Positions 8,862-15,327 of a DNA stretch of 30,310 nucleotides are shown piece after piece; within the stretch, counting starts at the first letter, position 1, and every line of letters begins with the position of its first letter. A program made the position numbers and the translations under genes. The notes under the pieces were generated by a model. That model saw nothing but the letters and a program-made list of their open reading frames with translations. It had not been told where the DNA came from and did no database searches. Origin of the DNA: a virus (Duplodnaviria; Caudoviricetes); the IMG/VR virus record IMGVR_UViG_3300037705_000202, positions 1-30,310 of that record. One strand, written 5' to 3'.

Positions 8862-9065
8862 ATGCCGAAAGCAGCAATTGCCATAGACGATTGGAAGTTG
8901 CCTATTTTTGAGCGCCATTTGGCCGGTGCTGGGTATGAGTTTGGACAACACCCCGGCCTGACCGGAAACACTTTGACGCTTACCGTGACCACACCATGCT
9001 TAAACGCTTTGGCGGTGGTGGTGCGGGAAGCAAATACCGAAGCTGCAAAAAGGAGAATGCAATGA
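8862..9065 (+). CDS. Cassette 3 ORF a, hypothetical protein (67 aa)
   Basis: GAGGAGG RBS; ATGA coupling to the next ORF; inside cassette 8756-9389. Confidence 0.75.
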   Translation: MPKAAIAIDDWKLPIFERHLAGAGYEFGQHPGLTGNTLTLTVTTPCLNALAVVVREANTEAAKRRMQ

Positions 9066-9382
9066 GCGAACAACCGAAAACCTGCATGATCGACGGCGAA
9101 GCCGTGGATCCCAACCACCGAGATATTAACCCGGCCACTGGGATGCAAAAGGGCTACGTCGTTCTGTGTCCTGAAGAGAGAGCCAAGGGGTTTGTCCGGC
9201 CGGTGCGCCGGAGCTACAGACACACCAAATGCGGCACGGTGACGACGATGGGCCAAGCCCTGGCCGAGACATACGCCCGTGACCCGAAGTTTTACAGCGG
9301 CACATTCTGTTGTGGTTGTGGCACCCATTTTCCGGTTGCGGGTTTCACATGGGAGCCGGATGGCTCCGTAGTGGGTTCTTGA
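9062..9382 (+). CDS. Cassette 3 ORF b, putative Zn-binding phage protein (106 aa)
   Basis: AGGAG RBS; HTKC...CCGC metal-binding pattern; stop 1 nt before the attC core at 9384. Confidence 0.75.
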   Translation: MSEQPKTCMIDGEAVDPNHRDINPATGMQKGYVVLCPEERAKGFVRPVRRSYRHTKCGTVTTMGQALAETYARDPKFYSGTFCCGCGTHFPVAGFTWEPDGSVVGS

Positions 9383-9383
9383 A

Positions 9384-9472
9384 GTACAACGCCGAACTAA
9401 CCAGACCGGGGCTGGTGGCCGGAGATAGTTCACGCCGGATTTGCCCCGGTCTGGTTTAGAGATTTGTTAAAC
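9384..9472 (-). other. attC: attC site (89 bp), middle
   Basis: Minus strand: GTTTAAC-AAATC-TCTAAACCAGACCGGGGC ... GCCCCGGTCTGGTTAGT-TCGGC-GTTGTAC; 16-bp stem with one unpaired base on the R''/L'' arm. Confidence 0.88.
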
Positions 9473-9491
9473 CTTTTTATGGCTAGACAAT

Positions 9492-9701
9492 ATGCTGAAA
9501 CGATTGATTTGCAGGACGCTCGGGCATCGCTGGCGGCGTGAAACCATTACCCTGGAGGGCAACCAAGGGCTGGTTTACCATCGCCATGAGTGCCTTCGGT
9601 GCGGGAGAATATACAATGGTCATTTCTTCCATCCGCTGTGCATTTGCCCCGAAACGATGATTGATAGCCATTGCCCTGTCTGTTATGGGCATGAGGTTTA
9701 A
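9492..9701 (+). CDS. Cassette 2 ORF, Cys/His-rich prophage protein (DUF1660-like N-terminus, 69 aa)
   Basis: KRLICRTLGHRW...HECLRCG plus C.C...HCPVC; TAA lies inside core GTTTAAC (9696-9702); RBS weak. Confidence 0.6.
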   Translation: MLKRLICRTLGHRWRRETITLEGNQGLVYHRHECLRCGRIYNGHFFHPLCICPETMIDSHCPVCYGHEV

Positions 9702-9784
9702 CGGCTTTAATCACTGGAGCCGCCGCCGAGATTGACCGAAGGCCACCGGGCTTTCTCGGCTTCCAGTGCATTAATTTGTTGGCC
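9696..9784 (-). other. attC: attC site (89 bp), proximal
   Basis: Minus strand: R'' GGCCAAC, AAATT, L'' AATGCACT, GGAAGCCG ... CGGCTCC, L' AGTGATT, AAAGCC, R' GTTAAAC; two unpaired bases on the R'' arm (C and T on bottom strand). Confidence 0.9.
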
Positions 9785-9800
9785 ATTTATAGGTGCGGGG

Positions 9801-10001
9801 ATGGCGGTACAGATAGATATTTTGAGCACTAAGAAAAAACGAGGTTGCCCTACTTGCGGGGGCGTTGACGCCAAATCGTGTATGCGCTGCTACGGGAAAA
9901 CCAGAATGTGTGATTGGTTTAATACGTACTCGGGATGGTCACACTACGGCGAATTGAGCGTAGAAGAACGCAACGAAGCCGGCGCGAAGTATAATTTATA
10001 A
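9801..10001 (+). CDS. Cassette 1 ORF, small CxxC-CxxC Zn-finger protein (66 aa)
   Basis: CPTCGG...CMRCYG; fills cassette 9702-10011 between the attC and attI cores. Confidence 0.65.
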   Translation: MAVQIDILSTKKKRGCPTCGGVDAKSCMRCYGKTRMCDWFNTYSGWSHYGELSVEERNEAGAKYNL

Positions 10002-10005
10002 TTCA

Positions 10006-10030
10006 GGCCAACCACCGTTATAAAGCCCAC
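10006..10030 (-). other. attI: Candidate attI site
   Basis: Minus strand TTATAAC-GGTG-GTTGGCC; core is complementary to cassette 1's R'' (9778-9784); no attC-length hairpin or partner core here; 87 nt upstream of the intI ATG. Confidence 0.6.
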
Positions 10031-10099
10031 CCGGCGGCCTAATCCATTTACCAGCCGGGGAAGTCACGCGCCGCAAACCTTGAATTGGAGGGAAAAGCT

Positions 10100-11098
10100 A
10101 TGAATCAAGCAGCATTGCAAAGGCCGCCGGCAGCGGGGGTTGGTAATCAACCTCGGCTCAAGGAGTTGGTTCATGGCGTTTGCCGGCGCCGGCATCTGGC
10201 TATTCGCACCGAGGCGGCTTACTGGCACTGGATTGTTGACTTTTGCCGCCACTATCAAAACCAAATTCATCCCCGCGAGATGGGCGACCAGGAGGTAACT
10301 GGCTACCTCACCCATTTGGCGGTTAAGCGCGGGGTGGCGGCGGCTACGCAGAATCAGGCCTTTAATGCCCTGCTGTTTCTTTATCGCGATGTGCTGTCCA
10401 AGCCCCTCGGCAATATCGACGCCATGCGGGCCAAGCGCACCCGGCGGCTGCCGGTGGTTCTTTCCCGGGAAGAGGTAAAGCGGCTGCTGGGCAGGATGAC
10501 CGGCCAGCACTGGCTGATTGCTTCGCTGCTGTACGGCTCCGGACTGCGGCTAATGGAGGCCATGCGTTTGCGGGTGCAGGATGTGGATTTTGAGCGCAGG
10601 CAGATCACCGTGCGCCTGGGCAAGGGCAATAAGGACCGGGTTGTGCCCATGCCCGGCGCCATCGTTGGCGAGCTGCAGCGCCACCTGGCCGCGGCGGAGC
10701 GCTTGCACCAGCAGGACCGGGCCGGCAAAATCCCCACTTCGATGGAGCCCTCCCTGGCCCGCAAGTTCCAGTTGGCGCCCTTCACCTGGGGCTGGTTTTA
10801 CGTATTTCCGGCCCGGCAGCGTGCTATTGATCCGCTCTCCGGCAAGCTCAAGCGCCATCACCTGCACGAAAGCGCCATCCAGAAAGCCGTTCACCAGGCG
10901 GCTCGAACGGCCAAGATTACCAAGCGCTGCGGCTGCCATACCCTGCGCCACTCTTTCGCCACCCACCTGCTGGAGGCCGGGCGGGATATCCGCACCATCC
11001 AGGAGCTGCTTGGACATAAAGACCTGAGCACTACCATGATCTACACCCATGTGATGAAGAAGGATTCCATACTCAGCCCCATGGACATGGACGATTAA
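10100..11098 (+). CDS. intI: Integron integrase (tyrosine recombinase, IntI family), 332 aa
   Basis: N-terminal 'RTEAAYWHW..F...HP..MG..EV..YLTHLA...VAAATQNQAFNALLFLYR'; catalytic R (GLRLME), K (GKGNKDR), HTLRH, LLGH, Y (TTMIYTH); integron-specific insert 'SLARKFQLAPFTWGWFYVFPA...DPLSGKLKRHH'; GGAGGG RBS. Confidence 0.95.
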   Translation: MNQAALQRPPAAGVGNQPRLKELVHGVCRRRHLAIRTEAAYWHWIVDFCRHYQNQIHPREMGDQEVTGYLTHLAVKRGVAAATQNQAFNALLFLYRDVLSKPLGNIDAMRAKRTRRLPVVLSREEVKRLLGRMTGQHWLIASLLYGSGLRLMEAMRLRVQDVDFERRQITVRLGKGNKDRVVPMPGAIVGELQRHLAAAERLHQQDRAGKIPTSMEPSLARKFQLAPFTWGWFYVFPARQRAIDPLSGKLKRHHLHESAIQKAVHQAARTAKITKRCGCHTLRHSFATHLLEAGRDIRTIQELLGHKDLSTTMIYTHVMKKDSILSPMDMDD

Positions 11099-11100
11099 CG

Positions 11101-13035
11101 GTGGAGTCAGTGCAAAACCACATCCCCGGCCTCACCTCAGCCGTGATCATCCGCTCCGATGCCCCCTGGCTGCCGGAGTCGCTGCGCGATCGGCCCGACG
11201 ATGTCGAGATCCGCTTCCGGTTTTCAGAAGGTGAGCGGCGGATCTATAAGCGCAAGCGTTTCAAGGGTAAGCCGAGCGAGTGGGTTGAAAAAAATGTGGT
11301 TGTTACCTATGGGCCATATGACGGCGGCAAGTTCGATTTTTCCGTCAGCCCTTATACTCCCGGCGTTCTTGATGCCTGCTTTTTCCGGTCGGTCCAGGAG
11401 ATCTCAGTCTGTTCCGCCCCGCAGGTTTTGAAGACTACCCTTGCCCTCCTCTTCCTGGCATACGCTGCCGCGGTTGACCCCGGCCCGGCCCTGGTGGTTT
11501 ATCCGGACAAGATCACCGCCGGCGACAACAACCGGGACCGCATACAGCCGATGTTTACCAGGTCCCCAGCCTTAAAGCCCTTGCTCACCGGGTACGACGA
11601 CGATATGTCGTCAATCAGGGTCAAGCTGGTATCGATGATCATCTATATGGCCTGGGCCGGATCGAAGATAGCCACCGCCAACAAATCGATTCGGTACCTA
11701 ATCAACGACGAAAAAGACCTGTCCCGAGTCGGCTCGGCAGATGAAGCCGACGATCGGACCAACTCGTATCGATACAACAAAAAGATCCTCAACCTATCCA
11801 CAACTGAATATGAAGCCGGGCCGATCTGGCAGGACCTCACCGTTCGGGCCGAAGTGATTTTCGAATTCTGGGTGCGTTGCCCCAAGTGCCTCACTTTGCA
11901 GGTAATGCATTTCGGAACAAAGGATTCCCCATCCGGAATCAAGTGGCCCGAGGATGAGCGGGATCCGGAGCGGATCAAGAACCATGACCTAGCCTGGTAT
12001 CAATGTGGTTGCGGCGCCAAGTGGGACAGCCACATGCGTGACAAGGCCGTGCAGATGGGAGAATGGCGGGCCAAGGAAGACGGCCGGGAACTCTTTGCCT
12101 ACCTCGAGGCGTACCGGCCGGTGCATATCGGCTTCCACCTGCCGAGCTGGGTTTCGAGTTTCATCACCCTGGGCAAGGTAGCCGCCGCATTCCTGGCCGG
12201 AGCCAAGGACAAGCTGCAGCTAAAGCACTTCACCAACAAGCACGCCGCCGAACCATGGCTCGAATACCACCAGGAGACCAAAGTCGACCGAATCATGGCC
12301 CTGAAGGATGACCGCCCTTGGGGCCGGGTCCCCGGGAACAACCAGGTGGCCACCTTGGTCTACGGAGCCGACAGCCAGGATGACGGCTTTTACTATACGA
12401 TCATGGCCGTGGGCTGGGGGCAGATCCAACCACTCTGGAAGGTTCGGAGTGGATTTGTCACCAGCAAGGAGGCTTTGGCCCGGGTGTTATGGGAAGACCA
12501 GTATCTTGATGCCGCCGGAACTCCCTATCTGGTTCAATTCGGCTTGATTGACTCCCAGGGTCATCGGACCAAGGAGGTCTACGACTTCTGCCTGGACCAT
12601 CGCGGTCAGATTCTGCCGGCCAATGGCCAACAGCGCATGCGGCAGCCGTACACTTACACCAACTTGGAATTTTACCCCGGGAAAAAGGGCGCCATCCCTG
12701 GCGGTCTGCAACTGGTCAATGTCAACACCACCCATTTCAAAAACGATCTCGACCGTCGTCTTGATGTGGCGCCGGCCGATCCTGGTGCCATCCTCCTGGA
12801 CGCCGACACCGACCAAGACTATGCGCTGCAGTTGGACGCCGAATATCGCGATGAAAATGGGATTTGGCAACAGAAAGGAAGTCGGGCAAACCACCAATGG
12901 GATTGTTTAAACCTCTGCCTGGTGGCCATTGAAATATTGGCCGTCAAGGTCTGGCCCATCCCCGGGCAAGCGCCGGTTGAGCAGCAGCGGGAGAAAAAAC
13001 AGTCACAGGGTTCACAATCAAGGAGGAGATGGTAA
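11101..13035 (+). CDS. Terminase large subunit, lambda GpA family
   Basis: Walker A-like SAPQVLKTT, Walker B INDE, 'LSTT', CPKC...CGCG Zn motif, GADSQ nuclease motif, C-terminal 'NHQWDC'. Confidence 0.92.
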   Translation: MESVQNHIPGLTSAVIIRSDAPWLPESLRDRPDDVEIRFRFSEGERRIYKRKRFKGKPSEWVEKNVVVTYGPYDGGKFDFSVSPYTPGVLDACFFRSVQEISVCSAPQVLKTTLALLFLAYAAAVDPGPALVVYPDKITAGDNNRDRIQPMFTRSPALKPLLTGYDDDMSSIRVKLVSMIIYMAWAGSKIATANKSIRYLINDEKDLSRVGSADEADDRTNSYRYNKKILNLSTTEYEAGPIWQDLTVRAEVIFEFWVRCPKCLTLQVMHFGTKDSPSGIKWPEDERDPERIKNHDLAWYQCGCGAKWDSHMRDKAVQMGEWRAKEDGRELFAYLEAYRPVHIGFHLPSWVSSFITLGKVAAAFLAGAKDKLQLKHFTNKHAAEPWLEYHQETKVDRIMALKDDRPWGRVPGNNQVATLVYGADSQDDGFYYTIMAVGWGQIQPLWKVRSGFVTSKEALARVLWEDQYLDAAGTPYLVQFGLIDSQGHRTKEVYDFCLDHRGQILPANGQQRMRQPYTYTNLEFYPGKKGAIPGGLQLVNVNTTHFKNDLDRRLDVAPADPGAILLDADTDQDYALQLDAEYRDENGIWQQKGSRANHQWDCLNLCLVAIEILAVKVWPIPGQAPVEQQREKKQSQGSQSRRRW

Positions 13036-13236
13036 ATGGGGGCACTCGTGGGAATGAAAGAAATTTGTAACCATGCCAAGCGAAGCGAGGCGACGGTGTT
13101 GGACCTGATCCGCAACGAGGATTTCCCGGCGGTAAAAATCAAGGGGGTTTGGGAGTCCGACACCGAGGAAATCGCCTCCTGGCGCAAGGGAAAAATCAAC
13201 GGCGGCAAGGTCAAGGCCAGGAGAAAAACGTCATGA
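13036..13236 (+). CDS. Small HTH DNA-binding protein (excisionase/AlpA-like)
   Basis: 'LVGMKEICNHAKRSEATVLDLIRNEDFPAVKIKGVW'. Confidence 0.75.
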   Translation: MGALVGMKEICNHAKRSEATVLDLIRNEDFPAVKIKGVWESDTEEIASWRKGKINGGKVKARRKTS

Positions 13237-13490
13237 ACGGCCCGGCAGAGAAGTGGCGGCGGCTGAACAGCCCGCAATGCCATGATGATTATGGTCTGTC
13301 TCTGAGCGAGGCTGAGCTGCGCACCTTCCCGGCTGGCCGGGCGATTCTGGCCGAGGTTTTGCGGCTTCGGCGGCAGAGTAAGCAGATGTCCCTGGTGGCA
13401 ACCAGATTAGGGGCGGCGGCCGGGAAAACGATGGAAGAGATTCTTGTAAAGGTGCTCAAGGCGCACCCTGAAAAACCCTGTCAACCATAA
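13233..13490 (+). CDS. Hypothetical protein (85 aa)
   Basis: AGGAG RBS; ATGA overlap. Confidence 0.55.
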   Translation: MNGPAEKWRRLNSPQCHDDYGLSLSEAELRTFPAGRAILAEVLRLRRQSKQMSLVATRLGAAAGKTMEEILVKVLKAHPEKPCQP

Positions 13491-13494
13491 AGTT

Positions 13495-13543
13495 GCCCGG
13501 TTTACCCGCATACACCCGCATACAAGCCCGGTTTACCCGCATA
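13495..13543 (+). repeat. Direct repeats upstream of the head operon (candidate late-activator sites)
   Basis: GCCCGGTTTACCCGCATA at 13495-13512 and 13526-13543; core ACCCGCATA at 13504, 13514 and 13535. Confidence 0.7.
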
Positions 13544-13561
13544 TACCAAATTAGCCAAAAC

Positions 13562-13607
13562 CACCGGATATAGTCGGATCTGAACTTTCAGACCCCTATA
13601 TCTGGTG
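13562..13607 (+). promoter_or_regulatory. Long stem-loop immediately 5' of the gpW start codon
   Basis: CACCGGATATAG (13562-13573) pairs with CTATATCTGGTG (13596-13607) including one G-U; inner TCTGAA/TTCAGA stem. Confidence 0.5.
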
Positions 13608-13611
13608 TTGG

Positions 13612-13827
13612 ATGGCGATCAAAACCACCGAAGCGCAACTCGAGGAAGTCCAGGCCGCAATCACCAAGGTGATGGCTGGCCAGTCGGTGACCATCGATGG
13701 CGAGAGCATTACCCGGGCCGACCTTTCGGCCCTGCAGGACCGCGAAGAGCGGCTGCTGCTCCGCTACCGCCAGGAGATCGGCACCGTCGCCACCCGGGTT
13801 TACGCCCGCAACGGAGGCCGGACCTGA
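13612..13827 (+). CDS. gpW-like head completion protein
   Basis: 'GQSVTIDGESITRADLSALQ' motif; lies between TerL and portal. Confidence 0.75.
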   Translation: MAIKTTEAQLEEVQAAITKVMAGQSVTIDGESITRADLSALQDREERLLLRYRQEIGTVATRVYARNGGRT

Positions 13828-15320
13828 TGGCCGACCCCCTGCGCCGCGTCGGCAACCTGGTCGACTCCCTGGTCGGGGTTTTCGCCCCCGGCGCCCAATT
13901 GCGGCGGCGGGCCCTGCGCACCGCCCTCTACGCCGCCGCCCAGACCAGCGACAGCCACTATGGCTGGAATCCGGTCAATTCCAGCGTCAACGATATCATC
14001 CGCGGCTCCTCCTCCACCGTTCGCGCCCGCGTCCGGCAACTGGTCCGCGACTTTCCCTATCTGGCCCGGGCGGTAAACGCCATGGTCGACTACACGGTCG
14101 GCGACGGCATCACTTTCCAGGCCCGGATTCAGACCAACAAGGGGTTGCTCGACAAGCGGCGCAACCAGGAAGTGGAAGACGCCTTCCGCTTCTGGGCCGA
14201 CCAGGCCGACGCCGCCGGCAAGCTCCACTATCACGAGCTGATGCAGCTGGCCCGGCGCCAGGACGTGGAGTGCGGCGAGTTCCTCCTGGTCCAAAAGTAC
14301 CTCACCGATCCCCGCCGCTACCTGCCTTTGGCCCTGCAGCTTTACGAGCCGGACTGGCTTACCGATTACGCGGTCAAGCCGGAGGCCGGCAACAAGGTGG
14401 ACCAGGGCGTCGAGTTCGAGCCGGCCACCGGCCGGGTGGTCGCCTATCACTTCACCGATCCGGACGGCTGGGGCAAGTCGCAGCGGATCACCGCCGAGTA
14501 CGTCACCCACGGTTTCAGCACCCTGCGGCCCGGCCAGCTGCGCGGCATCACCGTCCTGGCCCCGTCCGTGCTCCTGGCCCGCGACCTGGATGACATGATG
14601 GGCGCCGAGCTGGACGGGGCCAAGCTGGCCGCCAAGTGGCTGGCCCTGGTCAAGACCGCCGATCCCCTGGGCCGCCAGATCGGCAACGCTCTGCAGACCG
14701 CCGACGCCAGCGGCAAGAAGATCGAGTCCCTGGAAAACGGCATCATCGAGTACCTGCGCCCCGGCGAGGAAGTGGAGCTGCAGGCCAACCCCCGTCCCGG
14801 CGCCAACTTCCCGCCCTATGTCCGGCTGCTGCTGACCATGGTCTCGGTGGTTTCCGGGGTGCCCTACGAGATTTTAAGCGGCGACTACCAGGGGTTGAAC
14901 TATTCGACCAGCAAGATGATCCGCTCCGATTTCGCCCACCAGCTCCGGCCCATCGTCAAGCGCCACGTCCGGCAGTTCTGCGAGCCGACCCGGCTGGCCT
15001 TCATGGACGCGGCGGTCCTGGCCGGCAAGCTCTCCCTGCCCGGCTATTACCTGGCCCCGCAGCCCTGGCAGCGCGGGCAATGGCAGCCGCCGGGGATGGA
15101 GCCGGTGGACCCGGCCCGCGAGACCAAGTCCACCATCGACCAGATCAAGAACGCCCTGCGCTCGCCGCAGGAGGTTTGCCAGGCCCGGGGCCGCGACTTC
15201 GAGGAAGTGGTCCAGGAGTGCGCCGCCGCCCGGCAGATCCTTAAGGACAATGGCCTGGAGATCACCGAAGTCAGCACGGCCCTGGCCAACAACCCGGCCG
15301 CCGTCGACCAACAAAAGTGA
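13827..15320 (+). CDS. Portal protein, lambda family (497 aa)
   Basis: RARVRQLVRD, RPGQLRGI, GVPYEILSGDYQGLNYS, VDPARE motifs; TGATG coupling. Confidence 0.95.
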   Translation: MADPLRRVGNLVDSLVGVFAPGAQLRRRALRTALYAAAQTSDSHYGWNPVNSSVNDIIRGSSSTVRARVRQLVRDFPYLARAVNAMVDYTVGDGITFQARIQTNKGLLDKRRNQEVEDAFRFWADQADAAGKLHYHELMQLARRQDVECGEFLLVQKYLTDPRRYLPLALQLYEPDWLTDYAVKPEAGNKVDQGVEFEPATGRVVAYHFTDPDGWGKSQRITAEYVTHGFSTLRPGQLRGITVLAPSVLLARDLDDMMGAELDGAKLAAKWLALVKTADPLGRQIGNALQTADASGKKIESLENGIIEYLRPGEEVELQANPRPGANFPPYVRLLLTMVSVVSGVPYEILSGDYQGLNYSTSKMIRSDFAHQLRPIVKRHVRQFCEPTRLAFMDAAVLAGKLSLPGYYLAPQPWQRGQWQPPGMEPVDPARETKSTIDQIKNALRSPQEVCQARGRDFEEVVQECAAARQILKDNGLEITEVSTALANNPAAVDQQK

Positions 15321-15327
15321 GGATGAG

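Larger units (their letters stand above)
8750..11098. mobile_element. Integron: intI + candidate attI + three cassettes with attC sites, embedded between TerS and TerL
   Basis: IntI-type integrase; three 89-90 bp imperfect palindromes with AAC/GTT cores and extrahelical bases; complementary cassette-end cores. Confidence 0.9.

Noticed and set aside
9483-9692. Minus-strand 69 aa ORF that would give cassette 2 a canonical orientation
   Set aside because: No recognisable motif or RBS, whereas the + ORF has a patterned Cys/His motif and stops in the core; not formally excluded
8750-9784. Hairpins as simple Rho-independent terminators or a CRISPR array
   Set aside because: They are 89-90 bp with AAC/GTT cores and one-sided bulges, differ in sequence and are separated by whole genes; no cas genes are present
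9990-10002. Two TATAAT hexamers at the end of cassette 1 as an intI promoter
   Set aside because: No -35 at 16-18 nt spacing and no TG extension; insufficient evidence
10006-10095. A fourth attC next to intI
   Set aside because: Only a 6-bp CCCGGC/GCCGGG stem and no partner GTT core at attC distance; better read as attI
10100-11098. Calling this the prophage lysogeny (attP/attB) integrase
   Set aside because: It carries the integron-specific insertion, sits mid-genome beside attC sites and is not at an element boundary
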